DNA from: a virus
Lineage: Duplodnaviria; Caudoviricetes
IMG/VR virus record: IMGVR_UViG_3300049573_000247
Span: 64,001 to 128,000 of that record
DNA: 64,000 nt
Strand: one strand, 5' to 3'
Made by a program: the position numbers and the translations under genes. Below the pieces are notes generated by a model that did not search any database, was not told the DNA's origin, and saw only the letters and a list, made by a program, of their open reading frames with translations. Of this stretch, positions 37,835 to 47,498 are shown one piece after another; position 1 is the first letter of the stretch, and every line of letters begins with the position of its first letter.

Positions 37835-39136
37835 ATGACCGTCCAGATTCAATGGGACGCTGACGCACCGCTGACGGGGCAGCCCGATGCGGGCACGGCG
37901 ACGAAGGTCTACACGACCGCTGGCCCTGGGACGGTGACGATCACCGACGAGGCCATCGGCGGTGACAGCGTCACTCTCGAATACACGGTGCCGCTCGACC
38001 TCACCACGGTCGTAGCGACGCCTGATGCTGTCGACTCGGCTGGGAACCTCGCGGCGCGCACGATCTCCGTCGCGGGCCAGGGCTTCCCGGCCAACACGGC
38101 GGGCACTGTCGCCATCGCCACCGGTGTTCCTGGTGCGTTCGGGACGACCCTGGTGTCCACCTCAGCCGCCACCAACGCCTCGGGGATCTTCACCGATGTG
38201 GACGTGGTGGTCCCCAGCGACTCTGCCGCTGGTGATTACCACCTGGAAGTCAGCTTCGGTGCCATCGTGGACCTGTCGGAAGCGATCACGCTGACCAACA
38301 CCGAGCTGACCGCACCGACTGGGCTCGCGTCGCCATCGCAGACACCAACCACCGTCACGCTTACGTGGACGGCAGTCCCCGAGGCGGAAACGTACGTGGT
38401 GCGTCGTTCGCCTGCAGGCGTTGGCACGTGGACGGAGCGGCCTCCTGTTGCGGCGCTCACGGATACCGTCACCGGCCTGACGGCGTCGACGAACTACGAC
38501 TTCCAGGTCAAAGCGCAGGCGGTCGGTTCGACCGACTCTCCGTGGTCGACGACGTTCACGCAGGCCACGCCAGCGCAGCCGGTCCTGGATGCCCCGTTGA
38601 ACCCGGCGACCGGAACGCCGACGACAACGGAGATCCCGTTCTCGTGGGATGCGGTCACCGACGCCGAGACGTACACCGTGGAGTACCGGATCAGTCCGGC
38701 TGGGGCGTGGACGTCCATCTCCGGCATTGCCACGACCAGTACCACCGTTACCGGACTCGACCCGAACACCACATACGACCTGCACGTCAAGGCCGTTGCC
38801 AGCGGGTTCACCGATTCTCCGTTCTCGGCGACGGTCACCGAATCGACCGACGCGCTCGGGACGCTGACGACTCCGGCCACGCCGACGTCGTCGGGGCAGA
38901 CGGCGACCACGGTCACCGTCAACTGGACGTCGGTCGCCAACGCCGAGCAGTACCTCGTTCGCTGGTCGCCCGCCGGTGCGGGCACCTGGACCGAACGGCC
39001 AGCGGTCGCAACGCTGACAGACACGGTCACCGGTCTGGCGGCATCGACCAGCTACGACTTCCAAGTCAAGGCCATGGCCGCCGGATGGGTTGACAGTTCC
39101 TTCTCCGCATCGCTGACCCAGTCCACTACCGCTTAA
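37835..39136 (+). CDS. Virion decoration protein: half-PKD, Ig and 3 FN3 domains
   Basis: AP.GL....T.TTV.L.W..V..A..Y...TVTGL...T.YDFQVKA repeats. Confidence 0.85.
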   Translation: MTVQIQWDADAPLTGQPDAGTATKVYTTAGPGTVTITDEAIGGDSVTLEYTVPLDLTTVVATPDAVDSAGNLAARTISVAGQGFPANTAGTVAIATGVPGAFGTTLVSTSAATNASGIFTDVDVVVPSDSAAGDYHLEVSFGAIVDLSEAITLTNTELTAPTGLASPSQTPTTVTLTWTAVPEAETYVVRRSPAGVGTWTERPPVAALTDTVTGLTASTNYDFQVKAQAVGSTDSPWSTTFTQATPAQPVLDAPLNPATGTPTTTEIPFSWDAVTDAETYTVEYRISPAGAWTSISGIATTSTTVTGLDPNTTYDLHVKAVASGFTDSPFSATVTESTDALGTLTTPATPTSSGQTATTVTVNWTSVANAEQYLVRWSPAGAGTWTERPAVATLTDTVTGLAASTSYDFQVKAMAAGWVDSSFSASLTQSTTA

Positions 39137-39151
39137 GAGAGGAGAGCCGCT

Positions 39152-41107
39152 GTGCCTATCGTGTTGCAGCCTGTCGACCAAGTCGCGCACAACCAACTGG
39201 CGCAGCGGCTCGCCTGCTGGGCCCAAACGCCTGACGGCCTGACCGACATGGCGCTCATCTACCAGTCGTGTTGCGTCTCGCCGACCGGTCAGACCATCGG
39301 CCGATGGGTCGTACCCGAAGATCTCTGCGACGTCTACGGACCGTTCAACTTCACCGCCAACGAAGGCGACGTCATCCCGTGCCCGCCCACGGGATCAGCG
39401 GAGTACGTCAACTACTACATCTACGACGACGACGTCCACGACATCGACCCCAACACGTGCATCGAGGTCGTCCTCGCCGCGCCGACCAGTCTCGCGTCGC
39501 CAACCCAAGGCCCGGACACCGTTGACCTCACCTGGAATGCGGTCGCTGGAGCTGACACGTACGTCGTGCGGTGGTCGATAGCCGGTGCAGGCGAATGGAC
39601 CGAATCTGCGCCCACGGCATCGACGAGCATCGAGATCGGTGGACTCACCGACGAGACCTCCTACGACTTCCAGGTGCAGGCACTGGCAGTAGGAGCGGTG
39701 GATTCTCCATGGTCAGCGACGTTCACGCAAGAGACCACGTCGCTTGGCGAACTCGTAGCGCCCACCGGTGTCGCAGCACCATCGTCTACCGGCACCACTA
39801 TCGATGTCACCTGGAACGAGGTCGAGAACGCGACCTCGTACACCGTGGAGTGGTCACCGACTGGCGCGGGCACGTGGACGCCCGCGACCAGCGCTGACAC
39901 GACGTACACGATCACGGGACTGGACCTCGGTACCTCATATGACATCCGGGTCAAGGCGACCGCTCCCGGCTGGACTGATTCGCCCTATTCGACGCCGATC
40001 GTCGGCTCGACCGAAGAGCAGCTCGCGACCGTGACTGGGCTCGCGTCGCCTTCGCAGACCGGTACCACGGTGGTGCTCACCTGGGATGACTTGCCCGAGG
40101 CCACCACCTACGTGGTGCGTCATTCGCCTGCAGGTGCGGGCACGTGGACGGAATTGGCGCCCGTGGGCACCGATGGCGCGACAGTCACCGGGCTGAGCGC
40201 GGGAACCAGCTATGACTTCCAGGTCAAAGCACAGGCCGAGGACTTCGTCGACTCTGAGTGGACAGCGTCGCTCACGCAGTCGACTGCTGCCGCGCTGGGC
40301 ACGCCCGTGGTCACCAGTCCAGCTCAGACCGATACCAGCGTGAGCCTGTCGTGGGCCGCGATTCCGAACGCCACCTCCTACACCGTGCAGTCGGCGCCGA
40401 CCGCTGGCGGCCAGTGGGAAGCTCTCGTGCCCGACCCGACCGGGACGACCGCAACGGTGACGGGCTTGACGGCTGGCACCTCTTACAAGTTCCGCGTCAT
40501 CGCGCACGCGAGCGGATGGGCCGACTCCGCTTGGTCAGCCGAGTTGACTCAGGCCACCGAAGCGGCGCTGCTCGCCCCGGCGAACCTGGCGGCGGGTACT
40601 CCGACGACCACGACGGTGCCCCTGTCATGGGACGCAGCCGTGAACGCCGACACCTACACCGTGGCCTGGTCGCCTGCCGGAGCGGGAGTCTGGACCGAGA
40701 TCCCGATGATCGCGGGCACGAGCACGACCGTTACCGGCTTGACCGTTGGCACGCTCTACGACTTCCGGATCAAGTCCGTGGCGACCGGATTCGCCGATTC
40801 CGGATGGTCGGCCACGATCACCGACAGCACCGCCATCGACGCTCCCACCGGACTCGCTGCTGGGACGGTCACCTCGACCAGTGTCGCCCTGAGCTGGAAC
40901 GCCGTCACTAACGCCGATTCCTATCGCGTCCGGTGGTCACCTGCGGGGGCAGGAACGTGGACGCAGCTGCCGACGACGACCAACCTCACCGACACGGTCA
41001 CGGGGTTGACGCCCAGCACTTCATATGACTTCCAGGTGAAGGCGATCAGCAACACGCTGACCGACTCGGCCTGGTCCGCCACGCTCACGCAGGCCACTAC
41101 CGCCTAG
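39152..41107 (+). CDS. Cys-rich N-domain plus 6 FN3 domains
   Basis: Six FN3 repeats counted. Confidence 0.88.
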   Translation: MPIVLQPVDQVAHNQLAQRLACWAQTPDGLTDMALIYQSCCVSPTGQTIGRWVVPEDLCDVYGPFNFTANEGDVIPCPPTGSAEYVNYYIYDDDVHDIDPNTCIEVVLAAPTSLASPTQGPDTVDLTWNAVAGADTYVVRWSIAGAGEWTESAPTASTSIEIGGLTDETSYDFQVQALAVGAVDSPWSATFTQETTSLGELVAPTGVAAPSSTGTTIDVTWNEVENATSYTVEWSPTGAGTWTPATSADTTYTITGLDLGTSYDIRVKATAPGWTDSPYSTPIVGSTEEQLATVTGLASPSQTGTTVVLTWDDLPEATTYVVRHSPAGAGTWTELAPVGTDGATVTGLSAGTSYDFQVKAQAEDFVDSEWTASLTQSTAAALGTPVVTSPAQTDTSVSLSWAAIPNATSYTVQSAPTAGGQWEALVPDPTGTTATVTGLTAGTSYKFRVIAHASGWADSAWSAELTQATEAALLAPANLAAGTPTTTTVPLSWDAAVNADTYTVAWSPAGAGVWTEIPMIAGTSTTVTGLTVGTLYDFRIKSVATGFADSGWSATITDSTAIDAPTGLAAGTVTSTSVALSWNAVTNADSYRVRWSPAGAGTWTQLPTTTNLTDTVTGLTPSTSYDFQVKAISNTLTDSAWSATLTQATTA

Positions 41108-41121
41108 ACAGGAGAAACGCC

Positions 41122-42009
41122 ATGCCTATCGTGCTACAGCCGATCGACCAGACGGCCAAAGCGGAACTCGCGCAGCAGCTCGCCTGCTGGGCGCGTGCCG
41201 CCAACGGCCTGACCGACGTCGCGGTCCAGTACGGCACCTGCTGTGTCTCGCCGACCGGCGAAACGCTGGGTCGTTGGACTATTCCCAACGACCTGTGCAC
41301 CACGTACGGGCCGTTGCCATTCACGGGCAACAACGGCGAGGAAATCGTTTGCCCGCCTGTCGGTTCCGCCGAGTACGTGTCGTACTACATCTACGACGAA
41401 GACGTCGACCCGATCGACGTGGACACCTGCACGCCGTTGGTCGCGCTCGCCGCGCCGACCGCGCTCGCGGCCGGAACGCCGACCGACACCACCATTCCGC
41501 TGACGTGGACCGGGTCGGCCAACGCCAACGCCTACCTGGTGTCGTACTCGTCGGACTCGGGCACCACGTGGCTGGAGGTGCAGGCGAGCGGATCGCCATT
41601 CACCCTGACCGGGTTGACGCCCGAGACGGACTACACCATCCGCATCCGTGCGCTCGACACCACGAATTCGTTCGCGAAGTCCCCGTGGACGACCACGGTC
41701 ACCGCGACCACCGAATCGTCGCTGCCTGAGCTTGCCGTCCCAGCGAACCTCGCGACCGGCACCATGACTGCGACGACGGCGCCGCTCACGTGGGACGCGG
41801 TCACGAACGCGGTGGACTACCACGTCCAGTACAAGGCGACAGCGTCGCCGACGTGGCTGGACTGGACGCCTGACCCGGCCACGCCGTCGACCACGGTCAC
41901 CGGCCTGGTCACCGCCACCTCGTACGACTTCCGCGTGCGGGCCAACGCCGACAACATCTCGTTCTCCGACTCCGACTACAGCGCTGTGGTCACTGACACC
42001 ACCGCGTAA
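41122..42009 (+). CDS. Cys-rich N-domain plus 2 FN3 domains (paralog of 39152)
   Basis: N-terminal ~105 aa aligns with 39152 (LAQ.LACWA, CCVSPTG, CPP.GSAEYV.YYIYD). Confidence 0.88.
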   Translation: MPIVLQPIDQTAKAELAQQLACWARAANGLTDVAVQYGTCCVSPTGETLGRWTIPNDLCTTYGPLPFTGNNGEEIVCPPVGSAEYVSYYIYDEDVDPIDVDTCTPLVALAAPTALAAGTPTDTTIPLTWTGSANANAYLVSYSSDSGTTWLEVQASGSPFTLTGLTPETDYTIRIRALDTTNSFAKSPWTTTVTATTESSLPELAVPANLATGTMTATTAPLTWDAVTNAVDYHVQYKATASPTWLDWTPDPATPSTTVTGLVTATSYDFRVRANADNISFSDSDYSAVVTDTTA

Positions 42010-42015
42010 GCAACT

Positions 42016-42060
42016 AGAAGATGCCCGGTCTCACTCCATGAGGGGAACCGGGCATCTTCT
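42016..42060 (+). terminator. 14 bp stem hairpin
   Basis: AGAAGATGCCCGGT ... ACCGGGCATCTTCT. Confidence 0.65.
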
Positions 42061-42092
42061 GATTCCACACTTACATCCCTTTGGAGGGTTCC

Positions 42093-42845
42093 ATGCCCAG
42101 CATCAAGTGGTATCCGGACCGGACAGTCCCACGCAAGGGCAAAGCGCGCGTTCTCGACGTTCCGCAAGCGTATGTGTTGGCGCTCGGCGACGGCACCACG
42201 TTCCCCAAAGACCTCGATGACGTCTACCCACACACTTACGCGGCGGCAGGCCCGTACGCACTGTCGGTCGTTCGCATCGGCGAAACCGAACCGGCAGCGA
42301 CGCTGCTGCTGAACGTCCTCGACGCCGTCGTACCGAACGTGTCCATCACGTCGCCGCCGAACTCCCAGACCATCCGGGTGACGTTCCTCGACCCGGAGAT
42401 GCCAGTAGTCGGCCGGTACACGGTCGACTGGACGCCAACGGAGAGCCAGGACGTGCTCGCCGAACCCGACAAGTATGTCGAGCGGCTGTTCACGCCGGGC
42501 ACCTATCCGATCCGCGTGACCGACCACTGGTCGGCACTATCGGTGGTGCAGGACGTCGTGGTGGCACCGGTGACTGCCGATCCGGGTTTTAGCCTCGCCG
42601 AGGACACCTCCGATCCCGGCCGCATGACGGTGCAGCTGGAAGTCGTGACGGTGGCTTCGGCGCAGCCCGGAGACACACTGCTCGTCGACTGGGGTGACGG
42701 CAACACTGACACCATCGACGCCACGGTCAGCACGATGATTTCGCACGCGTACGCCTACGACGACGAGTACATGGTCGAGTTGTCGTACACCGACGCCCCC
42801 GAGATGAGCACCGTCGAGTTCGTTTGGCTGCCGTTCGACGCCTAG
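42093..42845 (+). CDS. PKD-domain protein (about 3 repeats)
   Basis: GDG..HTY...G.Y and VDWGDG...HAY motifs; GGAGG RBS. Confidence 0.8.
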   Translation: MPSIKWYPDRTVPRKGKARVLDVPQAYVLALGDGTTFPKDLDDVYPHTYAAAGPYALSVVRIGETEPAATLLLNVLDAVVPNVSITSPPNSQTIRVTFLDPEMPVVGRYTVDWTPTESQDVLAEPDKYVERLFTPGTYPIRVTDHWSALSVVQDVVVAPVTADPGFSLAEDTSDPGRMTVQLEVVTVASAQPGDTLLVDWGDGNTDTIDATVSTMISHAYAYDDEYMVELSYTDAPEMSTVEFVWLPFDA

Positions 42846-42860
42846 CGTTTGAGATGAGGG

Positions 42861-42889
42861 AGCGGCCCTGCCTGTTCGTCAGGGCCGCT
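42861..42889. terminator. Hairpin between PKD gene and convergent tRNA
   Basis: AGCGGCCCTG ... CAGGGCCGCT. Confidence 0.55.
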
Positions 42890-42892
42890 TCG

Positions 42893-42966
42893 TCGCGGAG
42901 GCGGGATTTGAACCCGCGACCTTCAGGTTATGAGCCTGTTGAGCTACCGAACTGCTCTACTCCGCA
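42893..42966 (-). tRNA. tRNA-Met(CAU), initiator-like
   Basis: TGCGGAGTAGAGCAGTTCGGTAGCTC-AACAGGCTCATAACCTGA-AGGTCGCGGGTTCAAATCCCGCCTCCGCGA. Confidence 0.9.
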
Positions 42967-43136
42967 TTGGTGTCGCTTCTCCTACCGATGGCGCAGACGC
43001 GGCATTGTCTTGGTCGGGCTCGCTCAGCGCATCCATGGCGCCCGTTGGCGTCGAGCGGAACGAGTGCACTCCCATCAGACCATGTATACCAGTTTCATGA
43101 TCTATAGTCTATATGTCTGGTTTGGGGGGGTGTCCT

Positions 43137-45206
43137 GTGGCTATCGTCGAGTACAGCGACCTGTTCTGGTTCCCCTCAGGCGCCATCGCCGCCGACGTCC
43201 CTGCCCGGGTCTTCCTCATCGACGACAACGTCTTCGCTGACCTCTACACCGACGCCACCGGCACGACCCCGTTGCCGAACCCGCTCAACACCGCCGCAGA
43301 CGGGACCTTGACGTTCTGGGCCGAAGAAGGCCCCTACTGGCTCCACATCGACGACGAGACCTTCCGCATCCACGTCGGCCCCGACCCCGCAGGACCGTTC
43401 CTGCCGCTGACCGGTGGCACGCTCACCGGCGATCTCACCCTCGCCGCCAACCCCGACCAACCGCTCGAAGCCGCCACCAAACAATACGTCGACGCTGGCG
43501 ACGCCACCACCCTCGCCAGCGCGGAAACGTACGCGGACAGCGGGGACGCGTTGAAGGTGTCGAAGGCCGGGGACACCATGACCGGTGATCTCGTGCTGGC
43601 CGGGAACCCTGACCAGCCCCTGGAGGCGACGCCGAAGCAGTACGTCGATGCCGGGGACAGTGCGACGTTGACGGCGGCGCAGACCTACGCGGACACGCAG
43701 GACAACGCGCGGGTCGCGGTCGCGGGCGACACGATGACCGGTGATCTGATCCTTGCCGGTGATCCGACGCAGCCGCTGGAAGCGGCCACGAAGCAGTACG
43801 TTGACGCTGGTGATGCGGCGACGCTGACCGCTGCCGATGCTGCTGCTGACGCGGGTGATGCGGCGACGTTGGCGTCGGCGCAGTCGTTCGCGACGGCCGG
43901 GGACGCGACTCGGGTGTCGAAGGCCGGGGACACCATGACCGGTGATCTCGTGCTGGCCGGGAACCCTGACCAGCCCCTGGAGGCGACGCCGAAGCAGTAC
44001 GTCGATGCCGGAGATGCTTCGACGTTGACGGCCGCACAGACCTACGCGGACACGCAGGACAACGCCAGGGTTGCGGTCGCGGGCGACACAATGACCGGTG
44101 ACCTGGTCCTCGTCGGCGATCCAACGCAGCCGCTGGAAGCGGCCACGAAGCAGTACGTCGACGCCGCCGACGCCGCGACGCTGGCGAGCGCGGAAACGTA
44201 CGCGGACGCCGGGGACTCGACGCGGGTGGCGAAGGCCGGTGACACGATGACGGGCCCGCTCACGATCACCTATGGCGATTTCAGCATGAGTGTCGCCCAC
44301 GACCTGTCGGTGGCGTCTTCCACCGGCATTGTGCACCCGTCGGCTCCGATTACCCAAGCTGGTCCCACCTCGGTGAACATTCCTGCTGGGGTGGCGCAGT
44401 TCGTCGACCACACGCCGATCACCGATTACTTCACAAGTGTGGAATATGGTCCTGTCACCGTCTCGCTGGATGATCCCACTGACCCGGTCACCTATTTCAT
44501 GGTGGACTCTACCGGCGCCATCGTGCAGAACGCGGGCGTTCCGACCCGAACTCAGCGCCGTCAGTTCGCGATCCTGGGGCGTGCCGTCGTGATCGGCGGC
44601 GTCATCGTGAGCGTCCAGGACTCCCCGATCCTTGCCGCACATCCCATGGCGTTCGCGTACGACATGCTCAACGCGCTCGGTGACATTCGTGTCGACGGTA
44701 TCCGCGCCAGCCCGATCGCCGCGAGCATGACGTTCAGTTTGACCGGTGGCAACATTTTCAACCCGGGCGCGAACTACACGGTCGATCCCGATGACCCGAA
44801 CGTGTCGCCGTTCAATGCCGTCTCACCGGCCGCGTTCCGGTACGTCACGCAGTCGGGCGTGGTCGGGACGTTCCGTACCACCATCGACCCGACCATCTAC
44901 GACGTCGGGGGCACTGTGACCGCTGTCGGTGGCGGCTCGGGTACCGCCACTATCCAACGCGTCCACTGCTTCCCCACCCAGAATGTGTTCATCCAGCTGG
45001 GCCAGTCCACGTACTCCAGCCTCGCTGCTGCCGTTGACGCGCTCGCGGTCGGAGACGCCCCCAGCTTCGTGACCCACCCCGACCTGCGCGGCGGCGGTGT
45101 CCGGACCGCGTTCATCGTCACCACTCGGACCGCCACCAACCTGGCTGACACCACAAGCTGCCGTGTACTGCGCGCGACCCGGCTCGGCGATCCCGGCGGG
45201 ATATAG
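43137..45206 (+). CDS. Tail/head fibre-like protein with repeats
   Basis: Five G(D/G)T(M/L)TGDL.L...P.QPLEA..KQYVD units. Confidence 0.8.
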   Translation: MAIVEYSDLFWFPSGAIAADVPARVFLIDDNVFADLYTDATGTTPLPNPLNTAADGTLTFWAEEGPYWLHIDDETFRIHVGPDPAGPFLPLTGGTLTGDLTLAANPDQPLEAATKQYVDAGDATTLASAETYADSGDALKVSKAGDTMTGDLVLAGNPDQPLEATPKQYVDAGDSATLTAAQTYADTQDNARVAVAGDTMTGDLILAGDPTQPLEAATKQYVDAGDAATLTAADAAADAGDAATLASAQSFATAGDATRVSKAGDTMTGDLVLAGNPDQPLEATPKQYVDAGDASTLTAAQTYADTQDNARVAVAGDTMTGDLVLVGDPTQPLEAATKQYVDAADAATLASAETYADAGDSTRVAKAGDTMTGPLTITYGDFSMSVAHDLSVASSTGIVHPSAPITQAGPTSVNIPAGVAQFVDHTPITDYFTSVEYGPVTVSLDDPTDPVTYFMVDSTGAIVQNAGVPTRTQRRQFAILGRAVVIGGVIVSVQDSPILAAHPMAFAYDMLNALGDIRVDGIRASPIAASMTFSLTGGNIFNPGANYTVDPDDPNVSPFNAVSPAAFRYVTQSGVVGTFRTTIDPTIYDVGGTVTAVGGGSGTATIQRVHCFPTQNVFIQLGQSTYSSLAAAVDALAVGDAPSFVTHPDLRGGGVRTAFIVTTRTATNLADTTSCRVLRATRLGDPGGI

Positions 45207-45214
45207 GAGGCACC

Positions 45215-46054
45215 ATGCCAGTCATCAACCCACAGGCTCAGGTCCCTGAGAGTGAGGCGGGCGCCCTGTATCCGTGCGAGCCGTGGCCGATCGACCCGGT
45301 GTGCTGTCCTGGGTGGCCTGCAGACCAAGCGGACTGGGATGAAGCGCACTTCGAGGCGCAGTGGCTCGCTACCGTCGAGCTGTGGCGTGCCGTGGCCGGA
45401 GTGATCGGTCTGTGCCGCACCACCGAGCTGCCTTGCCTTGACCGATGCGTGGCCCGCCCATTGGAATCGGCGTGGATGTACCCCTACCGAGATGTCAACG
45501 GCGCCTGGTTCAACTCCAAATGCGGATGCCGCGACACCTGCTCGTGCACGCAGCTGTGCACCGTCACACTCCAGGGACCGGTCTACCAGATCGAATCAGT
45601 TACCGTCGATGGCGTCACGCTGGAGTCGGATCAGTGGAAGCTCCTGACCGGCAACCGGCTCGCCCGCTGTGGTGGCTGCTGGCCCAAATGCCAGGATTTC
45701 TGCGCCGAGGACGGCCTGGTCGTCACTTACCTGCGGGGCACGCCACCGGGCCTCGACGCTATCCGAGCCGCCAGCATTCTCGCTTGCCGCAGGCTCCAGG
45801 AATGCCCTCCAGGCGGTGGCGACTGCGGAACGTTGCCCTCTGGTGTCACTAGCATCAGTCGTGAAGGATTGAATATGCAGCTGGATTCGACTATCGGCGC
45901 GGGCGAAGACGGCGTCATTCATTTCACCGGCATCGCGCGGGTTGATCGATGGATCGCTTCGATCAACCCGTATGGCGTCACCTCCAACCCGTCGGTGTGG
46001 TCGCCTGACGTCGACACGCCGCAGGTCTGGCGTAGTGGATCGGTGAACCCATGA
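45215..46054 (+). CDS. Head-to-tail adaptor
   Basis: PV..I..VTVDG, WP.CQD, LP.GVTSISREG, TGI..VD.WI...NP motifs. Confidence 0.8.
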   Translation: MPVINPQAQVPESEAGALYPCEPWPIDPVCCPGWPADQADWDEAHFEAQWLATVELWRAVAGVIGLCRTTELPCLDRCVARPLESAWMYPYRDVNGAWFNSKCGCRDTCSCTQLCTVTLQGPVYQIESVTVDGVTLESDQWKLLTGNRLARCGGCWPKCQDFCAEDGLVVTYLRGTPPGLDAIRAASILACRRLQECPPGGGDCGTLPSGVTSISREGLNMQLDSTIGAGEDGVIHFTGIARVDRWIASINPYGVTSNPSVWSPDVDTPQVWRSGSVNP

Positions 46055-46275
46055 TCCCCTTGATCGTCAGCCTGGTCTATGTCGTGGCCATGTTGTTCAC
46101 CGCTCGCATGCTCTACCGCAACGCCGTCACCAGCGGATTCGATGTCACTACCTCCTCGCGCCTGCTCATGGGCGTCGGCTTCGCATTGATTTACGCGCTG
46201 GCGTGGCCGCTGCTCCTGCTGGGTTTGGGGGCGGTGCGCTTCATCGTGCATCGGGCCAAGGGGGACATCGCGTGA
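46051..46275 (+). CDS. Small two-TM membrane protein
   Basis: Two hydrophobic helices; overlaps both neighbours. Confidence 0.7.
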   Translation: MIPLIVSLVYVVAMLFTARMLYRNAVTSGFDVTTSSRLLMGVGFALIYALAWPLLLLGLGAVRFIVHRAKGDIA

Positions 46276-46937
46276 ACGTCCTGGATTACCTCGAAAACGA
46301 GCTGCTGTCGTGCCTGTGCTCGATGCTGCGCACCGAGGGACGTCCAGCCTGCGAATGTCACCACTTTGGGGGCGATGTGCCGCCAGTCGGGGACCGCTGC
46401 CAGGCCAACACCGCCGGAGAGAACGGGCAGGTGTGGATCAGGCGCGTCTCGCAGGCGATCGAGTCCGATCCTGAGGAGATCACGTTCGGTGGCTTCGCAT
46501 GCGACTCGTCGTGGCAGTCGCAGATCGAACTGGGCATCTATCGGTGTATCACGGCGATCCCCGACGACAACGGGAACGCCCCGTCCCCGGCATCCTACGA
46601 CGCCGACCGAGACCTGCTCGCCGCCGACCGGGCGACGCTGGCACGTGTGCTGTGCTGCTGGCCGCTGGCCGGTGAGGCTCCGGCTCCGGTGGCTTTTGAT
46701 CTGCCCATTGCCGTTATTGCGGCGCAGATTCTGCCGTTGGGGCCCACGGGGGGATGCGCCGGGTCGGTGCTGACGCTGGTCGTCAACGCCGCACTCACCG
46801 TCGAAGAGCCAGTGGCGCAGCTGGTTGCCGGTGTCGATGCCGATCCAGGCGATCCAACGGGCCAGACGGCTGTGGTGACATGGCGAAACGAACTTGCGGA
46901 GGAGGTTTTCGTTTCCCGTCCAGCCGGAGGTGGCTGA
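46272..46937 (+). CDS. Tail terminator-like protein
   Basis: IELGIYRC and PLGP.GGCAG motifs; position. Confidence 0.65.
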   Translation: MNVLDYLENELLSCLCSMLRTEGRPACECHHFGGDVPPVGDRCQANTAGENGQVWIRRVSQAIESDPEEITFGGFACDSSWQSQIELGIYRCITAIPDDNGNAPSPASYDADRDLLAADRATLARVLCCWPLAGEAPAPVAFDLPIAVIAAQILPLGPTGGCAGSVLTLVVNAALTVEEPVAQLVAGVDADPGDPTGQTAVVTWRNELAEEVFVSRPAGGG

Positions 46938-47443
46938 TGGTCATCCGGATGCGCGTGACCCGCGTTGACATCAACATGGCTGAAGCCAACCGGTTGCTTA
47001 ACTCGCCGCAAGGCGAGGTGGCGTCGCTGGTGGTGTTGACCTCGCAGCGGGTGCGGGCGATGTGCGTTCAGCAGACCCCGGTGCAGGACGGGAACATGAA
47101 GGCGAGCTATGGGTTCGCTCTGCGAGTGCGGCCGTTCCGGCACGTCATGGGCCGGGTCATGAACTTCGATGAGGCGGCGCTGTGGGTGCAGACCGGTACA
47201 GGCATCTACGGTAGGCGCGGTCGGCCGATCACCTCGTCTCGTCCTGGGGGTGTGCTTCGCTGGCCTAACCGGAATCCTGGTCGCGGTAACGTCGGGGACG
47301 GGGCGTTCGTGTATCGGCGCAGTGTGCGTGGTCAGCCTGCGAATCCGTTCATGTTGCGTGGTCTTATTCGGGGGACGTCGGGGCGGCAGCGGTGGGTCAT
47401 CACGCCGGGTCCGGGGGTGCGGAACATCGGTCCGGGGCCGTGA
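46937..47443 (+). CDS. Tail completion/neck protein (HK97 gp10-like)
   Basis: Basic; PV..G.MK.S, A.WV..GTG.YG, VRGQPANPFM. Confidence 0.7.
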   Translation: MVIRMRVTRVDINMAEANRLLNSPQGEVASLVVLTSQRVRAMCVQQTPVQDGNMKASYGFALRVRPFRHVMGRVMNFDEAALWVQTGTGIYGRRGRPITSSRPGGVLRWPNRNPGRGNVGDGAFVYRRSVRGQPANPFMLRGLIRGTSGRQRWVITPGPGVRNIGPGP

Positions 47444-47498
47444 CACACCGAAACGCAAATGTCTGGTTTTGTCGCATTCGTAGGGTTAGATCCTTTAT

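Noticed and set aside
37835-42009. Diversity-generating retroelement acting on the Ig repeats
   Set aside because: No reverse transcriptase in the window and no adenine-specific template/variable repeat pair seen
34775-42009. Shared C-terminal TTA in the capsid and three FN3 proteins as a sorting signal
   Set aside because: FN3 last strands naturally end in T-T; the capsid match is probably coincidence
46051-46275. Holin
   Set aside because: Two TM helices fit, but no endolysin is nearby and the position among head-tail connectors is unsupportive
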